A stretch of 64,000 nucleotides of DNA, taken from assembly GCA_964270895.1 (NCBI GenBank), contig OZ185436.1. One strand, given 5' to 3'. The stretch is from Podarcis filfolensis (lineage: Eukaryota). Position 1 is the first letter of the stretch, and each line of letters starts with the position of its first letter. The position numbers and the translations under genes are program-made. The notes beneath the pieces are model-generated. The model did no database searches and had not been told where the DNA came from. It saw only the letters and a program-made list of their open reading frames with translations. This document shows positions 42,177-54,100 of the stretch, one piece after another.

Positions 42177-45100
42177 GTACATAGGATTGCATGTGTGTTC
42201 TTTCCCCCCACTACCTTGCACTTTTAATAATTTGTATGGGGTAAATAAGCATCAAGGTTTCCCACTGTAAACTCTCTGCCCCCTAGAAAGGCAGCCTGGC
42301 AGTGCCAGCCCCACCATTAGGCAAAGTGCGGCAGCTGCCTCAATCAGTAGGTTTTAAATATCATGAAAAGGCATCATATTGAAAGGTATTTAATGTGTAT
42401 TATATTTTTATCGCTGGGGAGGTGGGAAGGTGTTTGCAGGATTTTCTTTCTCAGGTACTAAAATAACTGGACTGGTCTTAGACATTTTGCATCTTTCTTT
42501 TCTTTTCTTTTCTTTTTGATGGTGGTAGTGTGGCACCTTGTGTTGCTCATGATGTTGTATCAGGCTAAGAGGTAGTATCTGTGCGTACTTTCTGTGTAAC
42601 TGCCAGCAGGTCCCAACTATGTGGGCAGAAAGTGATGGTAAGGTATAGCACTCAGCTTTCTATCCCTCTAAAATGAAAGGCTAAAACAGAAAAATATTTG
42701 GTAGCGTAAGTTGGGTGGTGGCGGAATTAACTGAAGCTGCAAACCTGTACGCATTTACCTGGGAGTAAGCCCCTTTGTACACAGTGAGACTTGGGAATAG
42801 GATTGCGTTGCAGAAATGACTCCTGCTTGTTTGCAACCCAGCGAGGTTCGAACAAAGCTACTTTATATTTCTCCTCATGCTGAATTGCAGATCTTTGCTA
42901 CAGTTAGTTCTGCCACAGTTAGTGTTGTCTCATACCTGGGCTGTTTTTCATAACTGAAAGGAAAAGTTTGGTGCAATTGATGCTCTTTAACTTTTATTCT
43001 TGCCTGCACCTCTCCAAATAAGGGGCGATTGGTGTGTTTTATATAGTCTCAGCCCTATATTTTATAACAATTCTTTGGAACTTTTGTATTTACCAGCCAC
43101 CACTAAGCATTTGAGGGGAGAGGATGTGTTCTTTCTTTCTTACCTTTTTATCCTGCGGGAAAGGCTATTTTACTTTTGAGGGAGGAGGAAATGGAAAGTA
43201 AAAAAATCAGAGTGTGAGCTTGATTGTTTAGTAAGGATTTGAGCCTGGATTTCTATATGCAAACTAACCTCTCTAGCCCTTGCACCACACTTACTTTTCT
43301 TAGTGTGCCTCCATTTTGTATGTCATGCTTTCAGGTTTCTTGTCTTTTTATTAATACATGGCGAATAATGATTTCTTAACAACAGTGACCATTTCGGGGA
43401 ATTACACTGCTGCGACGCTGGCAAGAGGCAGTCCCTGCCAAACCAAACAGCCAAAGCCAATCAGATAATAGAGACATGGTGATGTCACTTGTTGCTAGGG
43501 AGAAAGGTGTTCAGAAAATTAATATCCATACTTTAACATTATAACAGACTTTCTGTCCCGCATGTTGAGTTATATGGAGTTAAACTATACTGGAGATGGG
43601 TTTTTATTTTTAAAGCAACAAGCATTATATTCTGCTTATGAATCAGATCACATTTAAAGCGAGTAACTTCCGCTTGGGCTGTCTAGACTTGAATTTACAT
43701 GACAGAGTATAACTGTTGGAACTTCACTGTTTCATAGAATTATAGAATCAGAGAATGTTACCCCATCAGTTGAAAGGTACCCCGAGGTACCAACCCCTGT
43801 AATGCAGGAATCTCAACTAAATAATGCCTGATAGCTGGTCATTCAACCATAGCTGTCAACGTTTTCCCTTTTTTAAGGGAAATTCCCTTATTCCGAATAG
43901 GATTCCTCGCAAGAAAAGGGAAAGGTTGACAGCTATGCATCCAACCGCTGCTTGAAAAACTCCAAGGAAGGAGAGTCCACAGCCTCCCAGGGCATGGGCG
44001 TAGCCAAGAGGGGGCAGGGATGGGCAGCTGCCGCCCTAAATCAAGTAAATCAGTACAAAATACTTCACTAACTGAGGTTCTTCCCTCCCTCAACATTAAG
44101 CCTGCTGCCCCCCATGTCCCAAGAGAGGCCTTTCCACTATCAAGCAGCTCTTACTGCTAGAAAGTTCTTCCTGGTATTTAGTAAAAATCTTCTTTCTTGT
44201 AACTTGAAGCCATTGTTTGGGTCCTAGCCTCCAGAACAGGAGAAAACAAGCTTGCTCCATCTTCCATAGGACAACCCTTTATTTGAAGAAGGTAATCTCC
44301 TCTCAATCGTCACTTTTTTTTACCAGGCTTAACATACTCAGCCCCCTCAACCATTCCTCATAAGGCTTCGTTCCAGACCCATTTATTATCTTGGTTACCC
44401 TCCTCATGTTCTAGCTTGTCAATATCCAGGGCTTTTTTTGAGTTCTGGCACCTCTCAGGTGGGCATCATTGCCGTTGTAAGAGAACAAGGGAGGCGTTCA
44501 TGGTGAGTTCCACCAACTCTTTTTTTAGAAAAATAGCACTGTGCGATATCCATCTTAAGTTGTGGCGCACAGAACTGGACACAGTATTTCTTGTGTGGTC
44601 TGACCAAGGCAGAATAGAGCTGGACTATGACTTCCCGTGATGATGACTCTTCACTTCTGTTGATGCCACCTTTAGGGTTTGTTTGTTTGTGTTTGCTTGC
44701 TTGCTTGTTTGTTGCTGCATCACACTGTACCTTCTGGTGGATTAAGCAGGTGCTGTAAATGATTGGGAACTGTTTTAAAAATAATATTGATTATTGAGAG
44801 TATTAATATAAAACAGCCCCCCCTTGCACTGTATTTCATGATTCAATTTAGATTTTTGTAAGCACCATGTATTCTGCAAATAGGAATAAGAATTTCTGTT
44901 TAGCATAATATTCAGTCCCATTGCTAATACAGTGGTACCTCGGGTTCAGTACTTAATTCGTTCCGGAGATCCGTTCTTAACCTGAAACTGTTCTTAACCT
45001 GAAGCACCACTTTGGCTAATGGGGCCTCCTGCTGCCGCCGTGCCGCCAGAGCACAATTTCTGTTCTCATCCTGAAGCAAAGTTCTTAACTCGAGGTACTA

Positions 45101-48100
45101 TTTCTGGGTTAGCGGAGTCTGTAACCTGAAGCGTATGTAACCCAAGGTACCACTGTATTAAATAGCCAATCCAAACATCTCTTCTATTAAAACAAAAAAC
45201 AAAATCCTGGTTTTCTTAGCCACCACTAAGTATTTTTTGGGTGTGGGGATCTGTTCCTTCCCCCCCTTCCCCCCCTGCCCCGAAAAGCTACTTTACTTCT
45301 GAGGGAGGAGGAAATGGAATGCAACTGCTTTCCCTTTTCCTACACATGCAGTTACTGTGTTACTTGTTTCCCTCAAGAAACTCTAAAATACAACATTTTA
45401 GCATCATAACAGCCCCATAAAGTTGTCTGGGTTAAAGAGCTGAAAAAAGCGCCTAGTAAGCTTGATTTGAACCTGGGTTTTCACATGCAAGCCAACCTCT
45501 CTAACCCTTGCACCACACCTACAAAATGGAGGCACGCTAAGAAATGCATGTCATGTTCTTAGGTTTCTTGTCTTTTCATTTTTATTTGGTGAATAATGAT
45601 TTTTTAACAACAGTGACCATTTTGGGGAATTACCGAACAGCCAAAGCCAATCAAATAACAGAGATATGATGATGTCACTTGTTACTAGGGAGAAGGGTGT
45701 TCAGAAAGTTAATATCCATACTTAAACATTATAGCAACCTTTTTGTCCTACAGGATGATTTACATGGAGCTAAACTGTACTGGAGATGGATTTTTTTTTT
45801 TAAGCAACAAGCATTACATTCCTCTCTGAATCAGATCCAGAACATTTAAAGCAGATGAATTTAGCTAGGGTTTTTAAGTCTTGAATGTACATGACAGGGG
45901 ACATAAATAATAGGACTTCAATGTTTAGTAGAATTATAATTCTTCTGATAGAATAATAAGCTGCTGTGAGTGATTGAGTACTCTTTCTAAAAGTTAATTG
46001 TTTTTAATAAAAGTAGTCACAAAACAATGTGTGTGACAGGCAGTAGTTTAGAAGAGATTAATATGCCATTACAGTGGTACCTCGGGTTACATACGCTTCA
46101 GGTTACATACACTTCAGGTTACAGACTCCGCTAAGTCAGAAATATTACCTCGGGTTAAGAACTTTGCTTCAGGATGAGAACAGAAATTGTGCTCCGGCAG
46201 CACGGTGGCAGCCGGAGGCCCCATCAGCTAAAATGGTGCTTCAGGTTAAGAAAAGTTTCAGGTTAAGAACGGACCTCCGGAACAAATTATGTACTTAACC
46301 CGAGGTACCACTGTATTGCAAAGCTTGCTCGTTATATAAAAGAAGGTAGAAGAGAAGCATAACAAACATATTTAGAACTATTAAACATTTGTTGATTCTT
46401 GGCACTAGAACATATTTTCAAAATGTTATTTATCTGAAATGTTGCAAATGATTGATTTATATTTAACTGTGTTTGTGTTTATGGTTATATGAGAATTCAG
46501 ATGGAATTATCTGCATTTGTGTTTTATTTTAAAGCAAATAAACCTTTTTCTTTTTTTAAAAAAGGGCATCATTCTCCTTTTAATCACAGAAATGAGTATT
46601 TCTCAGGGGGTGTCTGCCGCACATAACACATGCATTCACCATTTGAAAGAGAGAACACTTTGTTGTGTGTGTTAAACTTGCTTTATTCATGTGCAGATTA
46701 ATGCGAATTTACTCGACTGAATAAAACGCCTATGATTGATCAACTGTCAAGGTATCTTTAATCTGGTGGCAGCCCTAATAAATACAGGGAGAATTATTGA
46801 TGTAACTGAAGGTCAAACTTCACATTACAATAGACATGCCTAAATGTATCTTCATCTATTTAAAATGTAGCTGTGGGGAGGGGAAAGGGGACATCGAGAG
46901 AGACATCCAATATGGAAGCACAGCATATGGAAAATAATTATCCCTTTCCCCCAGTGGCGTAGCGTGGGTTGTCAGCACCCGGGGCAAGGCAAGTAATTTG
47001 CACCACCTAACCCCCAGATGTTGCACCCGGTGCGGCCGGCCCCCCCTGCACCCCCCACGCTACGCCACTGCTTTCCCCTTTCACTATTTCCCCAATGAAC
47101 TTCCCCCACCCCACCCAAACTGCTACTTACCCCATTAGTAAAATCATACTAATGGGGTAAGTAGCAGTCATCAAAAAATCAATGAGGCTCATAGCAGCTT
47201 CAGTGTGCCTCCTGACTTACTTGCATTGAGCTCCTCCATGTAAGGGGTGAGCTGGATTGGCTGGATATTAAATAAACTTTTAATAAAACCATTTCACCTA
47301 ATTTAGCCCTTCGTTAACCAAGTCAAAGCATTCTGTTTGTGTTACAAGCCAGAGATATTCCGTGCCTTGGTAATTTGCATACAGGTGAATCTAAACCTGT
47401 TCTAAGAAAATAAGCTCTCAACCTGGACATCTGGACCACTGATTGGACAAACTGACATGCCTCTTTTGTACCTTGCAGGGGTTCTTCCAGCCGTAAACCT
47501 GCCTATGCTGCCTTTTCCATCCTGATAGCCTTGCTTATCGCGGGCCAGGCAGTGACTGGCTACTTTGTGTATCAGCACAACACCCAGATTTCCAAAGTAA
47601 CCAAGACTGCCACTGAGCTGAAACTGCAGTCGCTGGCCAGCAATCTCCCTCATGGTTAGTAGCTTCCTTCTTCCTCTTCCTGCCCTCTCCCCCACTCCGA
47701 CACTGTCTAACCTTTAAGTTTAACCATGGTATATTTGCAAGCATTCTTAATTCTTAAAACATTTCTCATTTTTTTGTGTTAATTGTGCAAATCAGAGCTG
47801 AAGGGACTGAGTCTGGGTCTGTCAGCTGTTTATGCACTTGAATCCTGATAGCCATCTCTTGTCTGCTTGCATAGACAGACCAGATGATAGTTTACTTTAT
47901 TTATTAAATTTATATCCCACCCCTCCTCCCAAAGAAAGGAAGGTCTAGTGGATCTACAGATTCAGAATGCTGACATTTTAATCTGGGGAGCAGTCACCCT
48001 GTTCTGATCAGGTTTAGTCATGCTTATTGTGAGTTTTATAGCTGCAGTTTATATTCTGCTCTTGGGTTGCTTTCATGACTGTTACATATTGTACATTAAC

Positions 48101-51100
48101 AGTTTATATCCATTTATAATTAATAAAAACACAAAAAGAAGCATTCTGCCCCTGAAGTCCGACACGGTACAACTTGAGCAAGGTTGTGCACCCTGTAGTT
48201 AGCATGGATGAGTAGGTTAGTGTTGTCAGTTGTGCAAGAGCCCTTCATAATATATTTGGATATGTGAAGGGCTATAGTTTGGTGGCAGCATGGTGTCCTC
48301 CATTAGTTTGAATCATCCTTTTTTAAAAAAGCTATCTGAGCTTTTGGACAGTTTTGAGGGATTTCCCTCCTAGGGGTAGAGTTTGGAAAGCAGTTTCTAA
48401 TATGAGATTGGGGGGGGGGGCGTCTACTACTGGGGGGGGGAACAAGTCTAAGTTTCCACTTTTGAGTCCAGCTCAGACATCTTGATTGAAGTCATGAACT
48501 CTCTGTGCAATATACCGTATTTTTCGCTCTATAAGACGCACCAGACCATAAGATGCACCTAATTTTTGGAGGAGGAAAACAAAAAAAAAAAAAAAATATT
48601 CTGAATCTCAGAAGCCAGAACAGCAAGAGGGATCACTGCGCAGCGATCCCTTTTGCTATTCTGGCTTCTGGGATAGCTGTGCAGCATGTGTTCGCTCCAT
48701 AAGACGCACACACATTTCCCCTTACTTTTTGGGAGGGAAAAAGTGAGTCTTATAGAGCAAAAAATACGGTAATTTGTACTCTTGTATGTTTGACTCATCT
48801 GTATAAGAGGAATATCCTTGGGGGAGACCACTTTTTTAAAAATAACAATAAAAATCTTCCTACATGTTTAATTGCACCACTCTTTTCTCCTGCAGCTCCC
48901 AAGGCAGTTAACCAGAAGAGAATGGCAATGGCCAACATTATGCCTATGGTCATGAGGGACCCAGATGAAGAGGTAAAGATGACAATTGCTTAACTAGTAC
49001 ATGGCGGGGAGGTGTTAGGGTTGCCTACTGCCTCGGAACCTCTCCTTTTCATCCATACAACTTGCCCGGTATGGATCCAAGTTTGCAGGGGACAGCTATG
49101 GATGAGGGGGAAGACATTCGTTCTGTCTTCTGGGGCCTTTCCTTTCCAGCCAGTCTGCCAATACAAAAACAACCCCTCCTGGCTAGTATGCAATGCTCCC
49201 AGCACCTAGACCTTATACCAGTGTTAGAAATAAACGTTAGGGTCTTGAGACTGACAGGTCCTGCCTCAAATTAAGCTGTGCAGAGAGATTCCATTTGAAA
49301 CAGAGCAGGGAGAGTGAGTTGGCTCGACATGAGTCAATGTGACATGAGTGAAGCTGACAGCCTATTAGGTCAGCTCTGTTCTCAGTTCTTATTTGGTCAC
49401 TTTGCAGTATGTAGGAATGGTTTGCCAGGGAATTAGCCTTCTTGTCAACGTTCCCTAGAGGTGGCGGCAACCAGGGAATGCTCCCAAAGCTGTTTTTGGG
49501 ACACCCCAGAACCCTTGGGAGGAAGTTCATACTAATGGTTTGGATCCCAATTTAAGTTCATTCCATATTGTTTCCCTTTAACGATACTTAAATGAGATCC
49601 GGATCACAAAAAAAGTTGCAACTACATTTTCACATTGAGTTCAAAGAGACCTGGGTGTAAGTAAGTCCACTGTATCTGTTGCAGCGTGTGAAGGACAGGG
49701 AAGAGCCCTTTGTGTAGTCTGCTCTGTGGGATTGGGCAAGGAGCAGCTTCATAGTGTGACAAATGTTGCATGCCAACCCCAATCTATGCCAAGATTCCAG
49801 GGGTGTTCTAGGTGCTCACCCAGGGCTGTGTTTTTGTTGGGAAAATCGTGGCACAGTGGAGGCTAGCGTCTTTAAGAAATAAGGTTTATTGTACACATAT
49901 TTACACCTGGAGTCTTCAATTGGGGGTGTAGAACAGGACACCCCAAGAGTGTTTCTCATTGCCTCTCTCATAGCTTCGGGGTTCAAAGCAGCAGTCAGTC
50001 ATGCATGGGCATAGCCAAGGGGGTGGGGGGCAGCTACCATCCCAATCAAGTAAGTAAATAACAATACTTAACTGACCAATCGTGTCACAGATAGCTCAGT
50101 TCTGCCCCCCCAACATGAAGCCTGCCCCCATAACATAAATCCTGGCTACGCCCAGGCAGTCATGGTTCCTGGTATCTTGGTGCAGCCTCCTCCATCCAAT
50201 GCCACCCATTCCTACTTTTTCCTTGTTCCCAGAACACCTTTAGATTTCAAAAGGACAATTTTTCCTGTGATATCATGCCCTGATCACCTTGGTAATCTCC
50301 CAAATCTCCTGTCTTTGTCCACTCCTGGGGCATGGGCAGGGGGAAGGATGGCTTTGTGCATTGCCAGTTGTCCTAAATGGCCCAGCACCCGACTCCCCAT
50401 TGTTTCTCAATGACTCTGCACTTAGCTGGCCCAAGCAGACTGGTTTGCATAAGCTAACCCATGTCTGGCACAGTTCTGCAGCTTGCATTTCCCTTCATAT
50501 TATCTAAATACTACCGTTTATTAATTTCTACCATTCACTAACAGACTCTGGTACCCTAGATCTATTTAAAAAATTAAATTCTTTGTTGTCGTCTCTTCTA
50601 CAGTCTCCAGAGGATAAAATGAAGCTGACCAATAGCACTGAAGACCAGATCAAACGTCTGCTCATGGTAAGAGCCTCGTCACCTTGCTTGTGAAACAGTT
50701 TTGCTTGTCTTAGATGGAGAGTACTCAAGTTTGCAGCTACAGACTCAACCGCTGGAGGCCTAGGGCTGAATCCCACGAAGTCATCCTGTTAGCCCAATAA
50801 CTTCCACTTGCTCAATGGAACACCTTCTAGCACTCCTCTTCCTGTGGGCCACCCAACCCACTGGGGCAGATTTGAAGAGGGAGGTAGAGGATGCACAGGC
50901 ACAACTTTGTTGGCTGCAACTCATAGCACAGAACAAGCTATTCTTTATGTTCATAAAAATCACTAACCTATTATTTGTTTTCCAACCACAGTATCTGACA
51001 GGTGTGTTTGTGTTCTCGGGAAGGATTGGGGATATTTATGCAGGGATCTAAATGAGGGAAGGGTGGACATGGGTTTCATTGCTTTTAGTGCACCAGTTGG

Positions 51101-54100
51101 TACTACTAGACTGAATGGTTATTTCTTCAGCATGAAAAGCAGCAAGGCACAATTGCAGCAACCTATGCCTTTCTTTCCCATGTGCCTATACCTCTTTAGA
51201 TCCAAGGACTGTAGCCTAAGTGCCATAACATTTACCATGAATAACGCACAGGTACTGAACTACATATACACTTTGGAAACTTTCCTGCACCCAAAGAAGG
51301 CACTACTGCACCAATTAAAACTCCCAAGTGTCCTGAACCCCTGGCCTACCTGGCAGCAAGTCAGTATGCCAAGTTCAAAGCCCAAGGGTCAATCCATACA
51401 AAGTCCAAAGATCAGGAAACGCAGTCCAGGGTTAATCCAAATAGTCAAGTCCAGCAGTCAGGATACAGTCCAGAGCCAAACCCAAAGCACTGTCCCGCAA
51501 GAGGTCCAGGAACATCCAAGTCAATGAATATGGGCAGTTGAGCAGACAAAACACCTCAGCTCTGCTTCCCTTTTATACTCTGTATGCTGATTGCAGCACC
51601 TGGGCTTGATGAGGCATGAGACCCTCACCTGTTCCAAGCCTATTCCAGCTGAGGAATCACACCCTCCTCCCAGAGCTAGCGAGCCCCACCTGGCCAGCTA
51701 GTGAGCTGGGCTGTGGGTCCTTGCCTGCCTCAGCCTCCTAGAGTGCCCCTCCTGCTGCCCCCTACGCCTCAGAGCCCACCATGTTCATGGAGACAGGGGC
51801 CCTGCAACTCTGGCTCCTTGCCACCCCCCGTCACTCTGTGAGTACTTCCTTCCTCATTCCCTGCTTGCCCTGTTGTGTCCCAGCCCCAGCTACACCCCTC
51901 ATCAGAATCCCCATCATCCTGCCAGTCCATGACACCAAATGACCTTGGAGGGCAGCATGGCAAGCATCTGTTAAATGAGAAACTTACATAAATTGGCATA
52001 CTCGTAATATGGGGCTATGTGGACAAAGATGGATTAGATAATAGGGAGTTTAGATAAACATTCAGACAGTGAGAGTTTGTGGTGCATGCTGTGACTAATT
52101 ATCATTAAATTTTAGGGAAAGCAAAGGCTTTTCTTTTTATTTCAGCTTCTCACTGGATGCAGTTGCTTGCTTGTTTCTTCGTATTTTCCTCCCCAAACCC
52201 ATGCCCTGCCCAATGTCCCAAAGAAACCCAAGGTATTTAGGAAATTGGCAGCAAAACACTATAACCCAAAAATAATTAAACCCAAAAATACAATCAATGA
52301 TTGAAAATAAACTAAAAACAAATTTAACTGTTCCCAAACAGCCACCAGAATATGCAAAATCGATGCCAGCGGAAAAGCTAGGGAGAGGAGCCTTTCTCTC
52401 CATTTGTATGTTCCCTTTGAAATCATTCTGCTGTGGCTGTTTTCCTCTTAAAAGGAATTGCATCCAAACTTTGAGCTCTTCAAGGCAGGGAGGAGCAGTC
52501 AAGGGAGGCAGCTTTAGGATGGGGGGGGCAGAGATAGTTCAGCAATCCCTCCCACCTGTACCTTTTGCCTGCCTTAGAAGATTGTGCTGGTGACTCAACT
52601 CCTACAAATGGGTCTGCTGCCATGCTCTCTGGCTGGACCTCACCATCACTGCATCTGGTTGAATTCATGAGATGGAGTTGGTATTTCACATGCCGCCAGT
52701 CCTGACCCAATCCTTTGAGCATAGTCTTGCTTTGCTAGGTGATCTCTTTCTGGGCCTCCAGCAGTCTTACTTTCCTTACATAACATTTGTTAACATGTTC
52801 CTCCCTGCAGCAATCAAACCCTCTCATAAAATTTCCTGAACTGAAAAAGAGCTTCATGGAAAATATGAATACTCTGAAGAACCGCTTGGATTTTGAGGAC
52901 TGGAAGGTAGGTGCTGCCATCTTTCACAGAATCCTTTCCCCCCACCCCACCCCCGTCCTGAAGAGAACATGGTGTCACAATGGATAGGCAATATCTCATT
53001 TAACAGATCATAGAGTTGGAAGGGACCATGAGGATTGCCTAGTCCAGCCCCCTGCAATGCAGGAATATTTCGCCCAATGTGAGGCTCGAACCCATGGCCC
53101 TGAGATTAAGAGTCTCATGCTCTAGAAGCTCTCTATCCTGTTAATTTTCTTTGCCTTGGGACTTATTCCTGTTGGAATCTAAGACTTTGGAAGGGATCCT
53201 AGTCCTTCTCTTGTGCTCAGGAAGAGAGTACAATACAAGTATCCATTGTCACTTGCAATGCTTCCTAGTTTGCTCTTGACTGCTATCTAGTGTTTTGCGT
53301 TGTTCATGTGTGGGATTTAAATAGGCCTCAGTTAAACTTGCTAAATGCCTGAGATTCTAGGAATTATGTTTGGGAACTGGCAGCAGGGAGTTCTTCCGTG
53401 AAGGGACCGCAGCGCTGGACCTCTGTTAATTATGCCAACAAAACCTCAGGTTTATTAGTGTAGTTAAAATTGGCTAAACTATATCAAAGCCCTTTCCCGC
53501 AGTGTACAGTGGCGTCCACCCAGCAGTGAAACATATGGTGGACTTCTCTTCTTGTCATTTGGCAATTAGACAGTGGTTAACTTACATTTCTTTATTTGTG
53601 GATAGGGATGCCTTTTATTAACTGCATTTGATCTCTTGCAGTCTTTTGAAACCTGGATGCACAAGTGGCTGCTCTTCCAAATGGCCAAGAATGAGATTCC
53701 AGCTGAACAAGGTATGCAAGGACTGTAGCACTGAAAGGAATTCTAAGGGTGATGGATGCAAATTTGCTGAAGGGCTCAAATCACAACACAACAGAAAACA
53801 TGCCATTTTGCTGCAGCTTCAGATCCTAAAGAGATGCAGGAAATCATGTGAAACAAAATCCCAATGTAATAGAAACAGTACATTTCTGTAGGAGGGACTG
53901 AAAGGACTTATGCATGCCAGAAGACTAATGTTAATGTATGCTGATGACTTGGGGGTGGAAGGAGATATTATACAGGACGTTGAGCTGCTGCTGAAAATGA
54001 TAGCCCTGTGTGGAGGTCTCCCTCTTTATTTTGGAACATGGACAGGACTGGCACCAGAATTTATGGAGCCCGGAACATGGTGCCACCCATGCCCCCCCAA

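Larger units (their letters stand above)
43095..45940. repeat. Local direct duplication (~650-720 bp units at ~43095-43745 and ~45218-45940) in CD74 intron 1
   Basis: Collinear shared blocks: agccaccactaag, gagggaggaggaaatggaa, aacctctcta-cccttgcaccacac, aacaacagtgaccatt, ccaaagccaatca...gatgtcacttgtt-ctagggag, ttaatatccatact, tactggagatgg, aagcaacaagcatta, tacatgacag. Confidence 0.9.

Noticed and set aside
53070-53124. tRNA-Lys-like sequence
   Set aside because: Truncated and fused to a CR1-like tail, so a SINE rather than a tRNA gene.
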